DNA of 64,000 nucleotides from Bacteroidota bacterium (GTDB taxonomy: Bacteria; Bacteroidota; Bacteroidia; AKYH767-A; 2013-40CM-41-45), in the NCBI GenBank assembly GCA_016720655.1, contig JADKKE010000033.1:177923-241922 (forward strand), read 5' to 3'. Each line of letters begins with the position of its first letter. Position 1 is the first letter of the stretch. Below are positions 9,166 to 20,400 of the stretch, in pieces. Under the pieces are notes generated by a model. It was not told where the DNA came from. It did not search any database and was given only the letters and a program-made list of their open reading frames with translations. The translations under genes and the position numbers were made by a program.

Positions 9166-9202
9166 TAGTGTAATAATTCCATTACACTTAATTCAACAAA
9201 CC

Positions 9203-9403
9203 ATGACAACTCCAACGCCAATTGTGGCTCCAACTAAAGGCAACTGGACTGAGCAAAAAGCAAAGTTGAAAGAAAAATTTTCAACGTTGACTGACGCTGA
9301 TCTTCAGTATGAAAACGGTAAAAAAGATGAAATGATGGATAAAATCCAAATCAAACTCGGAAAAACGAAGGATGAACTTGCTGCAATTATTGCGGCCCTT
9401 TAA
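9203..9403 (+). CDS. CsbD/YjbJ-family general-stress protein, second copy
   Basis: The matching region is GNWTEQKAKLKEKFSTLTDADLQYENGKKDEMMDKIQIKLGKTKDEL. Confidence 0.75.
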   Translation: MTTPTPIVAPTKGNWTEQKAKLKEKFSTLTDADLQYENGKKDEMMDKIQIKLGKTKDELAAIIAAL

Positions 9404-9422
9404 TTCTTTTTAATTCGATACA

Positions 9423-9457
9423 ACATCGTGATGCGGTCAGCGTCACGATGTTTTTTC
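9423..9457 (+). terminator. Rho-independent terminator between the convergent csbD-like and rluF-like genes
   Basis: The stem is CATCGTGA...TCACGATG, followed by TTTTTT. Confidence 0.55.
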
Positions 9458-9460
9458 ATT

Positions 9461-10225
9461 TTACACAGATTCTGAACCTTTACTATTTGACACATCTGCC
9501 GTTTTGCTGGAATTTTGTACCAGCCGATTTATTTCTGCAAGTTCATCAGCAGTAAATTCCCTCCATGTTCCTATCGGGAGATCCCCGAGAGAAATATTCA
9601 TGATTCTTATTCTTTTTAATTTCACCACTTCATAATCCAGGAAGGAACACATCCTGCGAATTTGTCGATTCAGTCCTTGGTTGAGAATAATTCGAAACAC
9701 GTATGTACTTAATTTTTCAACGAAACATTTTGAAGTAACTGTATCTAAAATAGGAATTCCATTTCCCATTCGTTGGATGAATTCTGTCGTTATTGGTTTA
9801 TCGACAGAAACGATGTATTCCTTTTCATGATTGTTTCCTGCTCTTAATATTTTATTTACAATGTTCCCGTCGCTGGTTAAAAAAATTAATCCTTCGGATG
9901 CTTTATCAAGCCTTCCAACAGGAAAAATACGTTGTGGGTAATTTATAAAATCGATAATGTTCTTTTCTATTTTATTTTCTGTTGTACAGGTGATTCCAAC
10001 AGGTTTATTAAATGCGATGTAAACTACTTTGTCAGGGTTTGTTATTGTTTTACCATCAATAGCAATCACATCGCCGGGGAAAACTTTATCACCCAGAATG
10101 CCCGGATTCCCATTGATGGTGACCCGTCCTTGTTCAATTATTTTATCTGCTTCCCTGCGGGAGCAATAACCGGTATCACTGATTGCTTTATTCAGTCGAA
10201 TTGTATTTGTGTTTTCAGGAACCAT
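9461..10225 (-). CDS. rluF: 23S rRNA pseudouridine synthase, RsuA/RluB/RluF family
   Basis: An S4 domain is followed by the catalytic GRLD motif in VGRLDKASEGLIFLTSDG. The protein is 254 aa. Confidence 0.8.
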   Translation of the reverse strand: MVPENTNTIRLNKAISDTGYCSRREADKIIEQGRVTINGNPGILGDKVFPGDVIAIDGKTITNPDKVVYIAFNKPVGITCTTENKIEKNIIDFINYPQRIFPVGRLDKASEGLIFLTSDGNIVNKILRAGNNHEKEYIVSVDKPITTEFIQRMGNGIPILDTVTSKCFVEKLSTYVFRIILNQGLNRQIRRMCSFLDYEVVKLKRIRIMNISLGDLPIGTWREFTADELAEINRLVQNSSKTADVSNSKGSESV

Positions 10226-10417
10226 CTGAGGATTGTTAAAATCAACCGAATGAGTAGTTTTTTAAAGGAAATTATCTATTTTAGAATCTTACAAAATACT
10301 CAATTATTTATTTCATTGCGCATTTTCTATGCAAACATATTTTCCCTCTTCTTTAACAAGCATCTCTAAAGAGGAAATCTGAATCTTGAATAATTTAGCA
10401 GTCAACAAATAGAACTT

Positions 10418-10819
10418 ATGGAAAAAGGAAACAAAGAATCTCCCTGGAAATTAAAGACTCCACCACTTTCGTCTGAATTTGAAATGTATAAGGACGAAAA
10501 AGATGGAAAAGAAATTCTGGTTTGTACAGTTGGGAAAACGGTATTGCATTACGATTATCGATGTCTCAATGATTTGCATGCAATGTTGAAAAAGCACAAA
10601 GACTGGATGGAACTCGGAAGTGCAGACGAACAAAAGCCCGCTAAGGAAGGAACAGTCGAGGAGTGGGGCCGTTCTCCGAAGAACCCGGTTGGAGGTTGGT
10701 ATGGATTAAAAAAGGGACTTCGCGGAAGATTTGGAATGTATATTCCTCCACTCATGGAGAAATTGGGCCTCGCTGAGTTGACTCATGAAGCGAAAGGAAA
10801 TAGGATGAAAGCAAAATAA
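10418..10819 (+). CDS. Hypothetical protein
   Basis: The 133-aa ORF has no recognised motif. Confidence 0.4.
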   Translation: MEKGNKESPWKLKTPPLSSEFEMYKDEKDGKEILVCTVGKTVLHYDYRCLNDLHAMLKKHKDWMELGSADEQKPAKEGTVEEWGRSPKNPVGGWYGLKKGLRGRFGMYIPPLMEKLGLAELTHEAKGNRMKAK

Positions 10820-10910
10820 GCAGAAGAGACGATTTTTGGGTTTAGTAAAAAGGCTATAATATTTATTCAAATCTTCTTTTAAAATAAACGTATAATTCAA
10901 TCTGATCACG

Positions 10911-11258
10911 ATGGCTTACGATGAAAAACTAGCAAACCATACAAGAGAAATTATTTCCCTCACACATAAAAAAGTTGAAGAGAAGAAAATGTTTGGTGGA
11001 CTTTGTTTTATGGTCAATGACAAAATGTGTGTAGGCGTGGAACAGGATCGTTTAATGGTACGCCTTGATCCGAAAAAGTACGATGAGGTAATTGAACTTG
11101 AGGGCTGTCAACCAATGGACTTCACCGGTAAAGTAATGAAAGGATATGTTTTTGTCGACAAGGCCGCTTTGAATACTAAAAAAAGATTAGAGTTCTGGAT
11201 CAAACTTGCTCTTGAGTATAATAAAATTGCTAAGGCCAGTAAGAAGAAGAAAAAATAG
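10911..11258 (+). CDS. TfoX/Sxy N-terminal-domain protein
   Basis: MFGGLCFMVNDKMCVGVEQDRLMVRLD matches the TfoX_N core. Confidence 0.65.
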   Translation: MAYDEKLANHTREIISLTHKKVEEKKMFGGLCFMVNDKMCVGVEQDRLMVRLDPKKYDEVIELEGCQPMDFTGKVMKGYVFVDKAALNTKKRLEFWIKLALEYNKIAKASKKKKK

Positions 11259-11394
11259 CACTCTGTGTTTTCGATCGCACTCAATGATATTTTCTTTGTT
11301 CAGACAACCAGACTTTACTATCGATTCAGTTTAAGGTAAAATGAGCAGCTTGAATTTTAGTAATTCTTCGTTTTCATACGAGGCCACCTGATTT

Positions 11395-11436
11395 TAAAAA
11401 AGAAAGCCGTCACAGAAGTGACGGCTTTCTTTTTTA
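11395..11436. terminator. Bidirectional terminator between TfoX_N and giant gene 1
   Basis: The element reads AAAAAA-AGAAAGCCGTCAC-agaa-GTGACGGCTTTCT-TTTTTT. Confidence 0.65.
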
Positions 11437-11454
11437 ATGGAGTCGGATTTGTAT

Positions 11455-14400
11455 TTACTGAACAGCGATACGGATTGTCCTGGCTTCTGTTCCTTCCTTC
11501 AACAAGGAGAGGAAGTATATACCGTAAGCATATTTGCTCATATCCAGTTCAGTGTAATTGTCGCCTTCATCAGCAGTAATTTCATGCTGCATGTAGATGT
11601 GTCCTACCATATCCGTAAGAATAAGAACATGTTTGTCTTTCTTATCAGAGCTGAAGTTTACTGTTAGTTTTCCAGCCGTTGGATTCGGATAGGCTTCAAA
11701 TGTTCCTGTGAAGTCTGTGGATTCTTCTTCAGCAGTACGACAAGTGAGTGTCACGGCTATAGTCTTACTTTGAATAGCAGACGGTCCGCAAAGGTTATTC
11801 GCTTTTACAGTGAGCACAGCGCTTGTAGAAGTGGCTGTAGTGAATTTCACTTTCACACTTGTTCCGGATGTACTTCCAACAAATGTTGCTCCGCCTGTTA
11901 TTGCCCAGGTGTAAGAAGTAGCACCTGTCACCGAAGCGATGGAATAAGTAACTGACGTTTGTGTTTTACAAACAGAAGCAGCTCCAGAAATAGTCCCGGG
12001 TTGAAGTGTTAATGCTGAAACACCCAGCGAAGAGATCGCACTTGATCCACAAGAATTATTTGCTGTAACAGTTACATTTCCAGTACCCGTGAAACTATTT
12101 CCATAAGTCACTTTAATGGAAGTTCCTGAATTGCTAGTGATACTAGCACCACTTGGAACAGTCCATGTATACGAAGTAGCTCCGGTCACTGCAGCAATAG
12201 AATATGTATTTCCGGATTTTCGACACACATTGCTTGTCGGCCCGGAAATTGTTCCCGGTGCAAGTGGTGTGGAACGAACGGCAAGAGTTGATACCGGGCT
12301 GCTTCCGCATGCATTCGTTGCGTAGACTGTCACATTTCCTGATGTAAATCCTGCAGGGAATGTGATGTATACCCTGTCGAAGGTGCTGTCAACCGTAAGC
12401 GGGTTTCCGGTTAATCCGGAGCCTTTGGAGATGACTGCACCCGCCGGAGCTGTCCATGTGTAAGAAGTTGCATTCGGGAATTTGTAAATTCTATACTCGC
12501 GCGTAGTACCAGCACAAACACCCATTGTTGGATTTTCCGATGAGGTGAATATCGGAGGGATTACCAGCATACCCAATACCAATTTCAATTGCGGGCCGCT
12601 TGTTCCGATGCAATTGCTTGCTTGTACAGCCAATAAACCAATTACATATCCTGTTACAAAATTAATTGTAATCGAATTTGTCCCCTGACCGGATGCGATG
12701 GTCGCTCCCGGAGCAATCAATGTCCATGTATAACTTGTTGCGTTGGCAACAGGAGCGATGGAGTAGGTTGCTGTTAAAGGACCACAAATTGTAGCAGGAC
12801 CGGTAATCGTTCCGGGTGTAGCGGGACTCGCAGTGAAACGCGTGAGTGATTTGCACGTGAAAATACTGTTGCCGCATGCATTCACTGCTTTAACACAGAG
12901 TAATCCGCCGCTGTAAGTGCTTCCGAAATTGACTGTAATTGATGCGGCGGTTGAAGAACCTGTCACACCTGTTGGCAATGTCCACACATAGGAAGTGGCT
13001 CCGGCAACAGGAGTGATGCTAAATACAACACCATTTTGTCCTCTGCATCCACCGGAAGGTCCGGTGATTGCTCCAGGTGCTGATGGCGCACTTCCTGACA
13101 CAACAATTACAGCTGTTGAAGCACTTGAACAGTTTTTGGAATCGGTCACCTGTACAGTATATATACCCTGAGCAAGACCAGAAATACTTGTTGTGGTTTG
13201 TCCGCCTGGTGTCCACAAATATGTGTAACCCGGTGTTCCTCCCGATGCAACAACTGAAGCCGACCCGGTGTTTCCGGTGCAACCTGTAGGTGTGACCGAA
13301 GTAACTCCACTGATTGCAGTAGGAACTGTAATTGTTGCAGAGGCAGAAGCCAAACATCCTTTCACATCGGATACAGTATAGGAATATGTCCCGGAAGAAA
13401 GTCCGCTAACCGGCGAACCTCCGTAAACATAGAATCCATTGCCACCGGTTGCAGACAATACAACACTTCCTGTTTGACCAAAGCAATCCGGATCGGTAGG
13501 TGTGGCGGTAAGTTCCAATGGAGTCGGAGCTGCATTAATAATTGCGACAGCTGTTGCGGTACAACCATTAATATCGGATACTGTATAGTTGTATGTTCCT
13601 TCACTGAGATTTGTGACAGCATCTCCACCGGTAGTGTAAGGTGCTGTACCTCCGGAAGGAGTTAAGGTTACACTTCCTGATTCACCAAAGCAATTCGGCT
13701 GAGTGGTAAATGCATTCAATACAACAGTTGAAGGAGCTGTATTGATTGTTACGAATACCATTTCACTACAACCATTCGAATCGTTTACAAAATAAGTATA
13801 CACACCTCCTGAGAGATTGCTAGTATTTGATCCGGAGAAGGTGTATGGTGGAATCCCTCCTGTTGCACTCAAGACTACATTTCCGGTCTGACCAAAACAA
13901 CTTGGTTGAGTTACAGAAACATTGAGATACAATCTTGGCGGGAACTGACTGATGATCACCTCAACTGTATTGCTGCAGCCATTATCATCAGTTACGGTGT
14001 AATGATAAGTTCCGGCATTGAGGTTCACCTGTGCATCGCCGCTATAGGTATAATTTCCTGTACCACCCGTAGCCGTCAGATCAACACTTCCGAATTCACC
14101 GAAGCAATGTGGTTGAGAAACATTCACATTCAATACGAGTGGATCAGGAATGATAAGTGATCCGTTTTCATATTGAACAGTATAATTGGAATCGGCAGCA
14201 AAGCTGAATCCGGATGGAACAATCTGATAGGTTCCTCCTTGTGTCAATGGACTCACGACCTGGTCAAGATCATCAAGAACAGTAAACGTTGGTCCGGATG
14301 CCGGTGTAACACCTGTTGAATCCTGGTTCTTAAATCCGGAAACAGTAGCTGTGAATGCAGGAGTTTCAAAACATGCGAGGTTCTGATCGTCTGCAGTTAC

Positions 14401-17400
14401 AGTAAGTGTTGCCGGGAGAATGGTGAGACTTCCCAGTTCGTAGCTGATATCAAAATTATCGGAGAAGAAAGCACCCGGTACTACGATCCATGTACCCACT
14501 GTTGTACCGGTGATAAGATTCACCGACTTGAGTTCGGTAGTAGTATCGGTTGAGGTAACATCATCTTCATCCAAAACAACTGCAATGTTATCGCCATTGT
14601 TGGTATTCACATCAATACTGTCTACTTGCGTCGTACCGTTGGTGATTACACGAGGATTGGTAATCACGCGTGGATTTGTAATCACCCGTGGGTTCGCCAT
14701 TGCGCGTGAATGCAATCCTGCACCCGGACTTTCGAGAACGATCAGCGAAGAATCCGCATCGAAATTGAACACCGATTCCGTAGCAAGATCGACGATGATT
14801 GTCGAATCTATTACAGTGAGTGTATTGGTGATAACCCTTGGATTTGTAATGACCCTGGGGTTCGCCAATGCATTACCTGTCGCAACGATTGCAAGATTTG
14901 CAAAGTCGGAGTTGGTGATCACGCGCGGATTTGTAATCACTCGTGGATTAACAAGAACCAGCGCATTCGACATTGTCAACTGGTGACTTTGCTGAATCGA
15001 ATCGAGGAAGTGAGCCTGATTAGAAGCATCAATATTCGACGGATCATAGATGTAATTAAACTGGAAATCACCGATTTTGTCACCATAAGTAAGGGTAGTA
15101 TCTTTTGGTGAAATCACGATAGGCATTTTCTGAATTGTCAAACCGCCCGGGTAGAAATGATATTCGTATTGAGCATTCAATGCCGAATCAATTGGATCGG
15201 AAAGATTGAGGGGAGACATGGAATTCGCTACCTGATACAAGCCAACACCACTTTCAGCAGTAGCAAGAGTTTGGTAGTTTAAGTTATCCAATTTCAATTC
15301 CGCAGCGGTGAGACTGTCTTCCGACAAATCTTTACCGTCAACAAGAATGGTCGAAGTGAACTCCGGTAATTTTTCTCCGTATTTCTTTGCCTTGTTGTCC
15401 ACCTGAACAGTGAGGACGCGTTTCACAGAATTGAAGAAGAACAAACCGTTGGAGAATCCGCCGTCATTCAGATTCGGAACTGTTGGAGGAGTATACACTT
15501 GAATGATCGGATTTCCCAGGAAGGTTGGAATCGTTGCAGTGAGGTGTGTATTGTCAATAAATATGGTGGTCAATGCCGTTCCATCCATATAGATAGTGGA
15601 TGAATCATCGAAATAAGCACCACTGACAGTAACATCAAAAACCACAGTTCCCGGAACAATCGAAGTATCTGGACGCATAAGAGAATCGATAACAGGTTTT
15701 CCTGTAGCGAAGCTGCTAATTGCTGCAGTAGCATTTATTAATCCGGCACCGGATTCATAGTCAAATCCACCGGCACCCATATCAATAGCCGTTGATTTCA
15801 AAATAGAACGCAGACTATCAGGAAGCATATTTTCAGAATAGAATTTCTGTCTTGCCTGAAGCACCAGAGCGGCGACACCCGCAGCATGCGGAGCAGCACA
15901 AGAAGTTCCATAGAAATTATAAACTCCATCCAGCTCAAGATCTTTCGAGAAGAAATTCACAGATGTATTTACTCCATCCGGAGCAGTGAAATCCGGTTTG
16001 TCGCGAACGACTCCGCGTACTGCTGTTCCACCAATAGAAGAAAACGGTTCTATTACCGGAGCAAGGTTGTTGTTGAACACCGGCGTTTGAGTATAACGTG
16101 CAGCACCAACAGACATTGCACCGTCAGCATTCGCTTGTCCAATAATCGTAGAACCTCCGTTTGGATATTCCTTGATTGTAATATCTCCACGATAAACGAC
16201 ATATTTGAATTTCATTGGTGTAACAGAATCAAGTGTCCAGGTACGTGAAATGATGATGTTGGCATCAACATCCGATTTCACAGTAAATGGCAATACTTCG
16301 ATTGGGTCACCCCAGTTGTTTTTGCGATTCAGTCCAAAGAGTTTGGTTCCGGTAACATCCGTGAGGTAAATATCAAAATCGTTTTGTGCACCGGGTAATT
16401 GCTTCAGTGAATAGATCGAATCATCCCATTGCAACACGAGCGTATAAGCTCCTTTTTTCAAACCGATTTTTTGAAGGTAATCTCCTCCGCCAAAATCATG
16501 CACCTTACCGGTAATTCCGGCAGGAGCAGGTATCGGATTGAATGTTCCCTCGAATGATGCATTGCCGAAGTTTCCGGCAGATGTGAAATAACTCACTCCA
16601 AGATCACGTACATAGTTTACGGCTTTCGAAACAATTCCATCCTGGAAATAAGGTTCTGTAATGTAGGTTACGTCATCAACGATTACATCGCAGGTATCTT
16701 CTGCAAGAGCAACAATTCCTTCAGCAAAATCTCCGGCACTGATAAATCCTGTGCGGAATGCAAGGGTTGCTTTTGGAGCAATGTCATGCACAATTTGTAG
16801 CATAGCACGCCCTTCATCCAAACCTTTACCAAACGGATAATCAAGCAACACTTCAACTTCTCTTGTGTTCACCGGATTGCCTGGACCTGGAAGATCTTTG
16901 TTTCCGATATCAATATTTTTCGGATTGCCTGAAATAGTATTATAACTATCGGACATCACACCAATCTTAATTCCTTCTCCATCCAAATCAAACATCGATC
17001 TGGCAGAATCAGATTTCATTGAACGATCACCTTGTGAGGTAATAAATCCTGCGCTGGAAACCGCTGAATAATTCGGTCTCACGAAATTGATCATGGATGG
17101 AAGCGAATCCAGTTTTTTCAAATTGACGATCGGGTAATAACCTGTGATGATGATGGATGTATCTCCGTTATCAATCAATCCGGTCATTCCATAAGGAGCT
17201 GTTTGCAACAAAGCAAGCGTTGGATAGTATTGATTGATATTGGTAATGACATCAATGAGGACAGAACCAAAATCATCGAATTGGAAGATGACGTTATTGG
17301 TGTCTGGTCCGATTGAATCCGGATTCTCATACAACTGTGTTAATTCCGGTCCGAGAACAGTAGTTACCTTTCCGGAATCAGGCGCGTTGTAATACGGAAG

Positions 17401-20400
17401 AATACAATTGGTTACAAACACTTCTGTGAAAGCGGTCAAAGAACAACCATTGTTATCAGTAAGCGTGTAACTATATGTTCCGGCAACAAGGTTTATCGTA
17501 TCTGATCCTGTAATTGTATACGGAGGAGTACCACCTGATGGTACTAGGGACAATGGCTCCGGTAGTAGAAGTTTCAAGACAAACGATAGTGCTATCTGTT
17601 ACTCCGGACAAAACAAGTACATCCGGTTGAGAAACAAAAATACTATCACTTGCACTACAACCAACACTATCAATTACTGTAAAATAGAGAACAGTGTCTG
17701 AACCCGAAAACGAGCCATAACTCTGAATGCCTGTTCCTGAGAATGGCGGGATACCTCCGTTTACAGAAACGTTTAGTGTAAACGATTCACCATGACAATT
17801 CGGTCCGGAAGCGGTTGCCGAAACAGACATAAAAGGTGAAACAATTATTGTCACACTTGAACAAGATCCCGGAGAGGCACAACCACCTTCACCCCGTACA
17901 AAATATTCTGTAGTGTCTGTTGGAGTGACGTCAATCGAGGAACCGGTGCCAACGACCAGACCCGATCCACAGCTATCTGCATACCATGTCCAGTCGGTTG
18001 CGTCATTGAGATTTCCGGAAACAACAGAGAGTGTTGTTGTTCCACCAGAGCAAATAATGTCTTGTGAGACTGATATTACCGGAACATCGGGTTCGTTACA
18101 ATTTCCGATTCCGATGGTAATCGTTGTATCAAAGGAACATGGTACTCCGTCTGTAATGCTGAGAGAATAACTTCCTGCGGAAAGTCCTGTGAAGGAACCG
18201 GTCGCGTTAGTGATGTTTACAGCACCACCATCGCTGATAGAGTAAGAGTAACCACCAATAACACCACCGCTTGCAGGTCCAACAGAAATAGACCCATCGG
18301 CTGCACTTGCGACAGATTCATTTACGACTACTACAGAACCCGGAAGAATTGGATCGAATTGATAGATCACAATAGTGTCTGTAGTCTGGCATCCAAATAA
18401 ATCTGTACCGATCACGGAGTAAGGAGTCACTACAGTAGGAGATACGGTGATGTAAGACGTTGTTTCGCCTGTATTCCAGAGATAGGAATTGGAACCACTT
18501 GCCGCCAACACAGTTGAAGAGCCAGGACAAATCTCCCAGTCAAAACTTGGCCCAGCATTTACTTGAGCATTTCTAATTTCGATCGGTTCAGAAATTCCAA
18601 CACAGGCACCGGATGTAACAGTTACAGAATAACTTCCCGGACCAGCAACAGCAATTGAATAAAGTGTTTCAGTAGTGGACCACAAATACGCATCGTAAGA
18701 TCGCGGAGCAATTTGTCCAATCGCAACTGCATCAATTTCATTCCAATCATGAACAAACGGAGAGTTCATAGCAATTCGTACTGCAGAAACAGGGAATGCT
18801 GTCATACTGAAACTGATGTGCAGTTTGTGAGCAACTTCAGGAAGTGAACCTGCCGTAGCTGTATAAACAACCTGATAGGAACTTGTATATGGATTTAAAA
18901 CATAAACAGTATCAATAGAACCCGGTGCATACGTTTCAAAGATGTCAATGAAGTTAATTGGCGCCGGATTTGCAAATCCTACTTCGATAAACTCACGTGA
19001 CTGATCCTGGTAATTCGGTGCCCATGCGTTGGCATTGTCACCGTATGCAGGATAAACGTTTGGTGCTCCAAGTATTTGAACTGCACCAAAGTCAGGAGTA
19101 GTGTATTCGCTGCTGAAAGCGATCACAGAATTTGCGTAGCGAAGATTGTTGTATTCGGAGACAATCAGGGTGTCACTGATAGAGTTACAAACAGGCATTC
19201 CTGCGATCAATGTGTTGGTAATAACCGGACGAAGAACCTGAGTTGTTGCATCTAAATCATTACAATCCGAACTGTCCAGCACATAACCACTGGGTTGGCC
19301 AATTGAAACCTGGCTCACAAATGGATTTCCGAAGGAATCTCCATCGGCATCTTCATAGTATGTCAGCGGAATTCCTTCATCAATATTTCCGTCACAGTTG
19401 TCGTCAATTCCATTGGCGATTTCACCGCCGGTTGAACTGCCATTGTACATGCGAAGAATTTCTTCTTCGGAAAGTTCTCTTCCATAAACCAGCACTTCGT
19501 CAATTTTCCCGTGAAAGAAATAGTTTAATACCGGACTTTCATCGGCACCAATAAGAAGTGCGTGACCGCTTGCACCAAAACTGATTGTAGGTTCGTAGCG
19601 ATAGGCAACAGGCACACCATCGATATAAAGTTTTGCTGTATCTGTATTCGAATTGAATGAGAAAGCCACATGCGTCCAATCGCCACTCGCTGAATATGGC
19701 GCATCAATAAATGCAGAAATCGGATCTGCACCATATTCATTACCAATAAAATCATCCGATAAGTTAGCATACAGGTTCCATGAATTGCCTGAACCTGCAC
19801 CAAATGCTTTGCTTAAAATTGTGGCATTTAATGGCGAGCCGGATGTCGGATTAATCCATGCAGCCAGAGTTAGATCAGAAACGTTGAAGCTACCGGTATT
19901 TGGCACTTCGATGTACGCATCAGTACCATTAAATTCATATGCATTATCCGCAACACCGAATCTATCAGTTGTTAGGGTTGCATTGTGAACGATTCCGTTG
20001 TTTCCTGCAGGGCCGTTGTCATTTGCATCTCCGTTGAAGGGAAGATACACAGCAGCTCCCGGTAACAATGAGAATGGAGGGTGAACATTTTGGTTGTTAT
20101 CATTACAATCAAACATATCAGTAACGTAACCATCCGGTGGAGCACAAATTGAGGCAACACTCAAAGGGACTCCTACGTTTCCGAATCCATCACCGTCAGC
20201 ATCCTGATATGCGGTAATAGTACTGATGTCCGAACAATTGCCTGCCATACTAAAGCCTGTTGGTTTTACCCAATTCGAAGTTGTACCGCTCAAATTAAAA
20301 TTATGAAGAGTACCATCACGGTTAAAACCGCTGGAATCTACCAACACATCAACAGCAGGCATGGTGTTATTGGCAAAAGCCACACCCTGATTAAAATTGT

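Noticed and set aside
14644-14950. A possible CRISPR-like array, because of the 21-bp direct repeats
   Set aside because: The repeats are contiguous, in-frame coding heptads with no spacers inside a long ORF. No cas genes are present.
14510-14986. A + strand ORF with a VITRGLVITRG repeat protein, and its twin at 26710..27249
   Set aside because: It is the antisense reading of the NPRVITN heptad block inside the giant minus-strand genes. It is a repeat-induced shadow ORF with no independent start or promoter signals.
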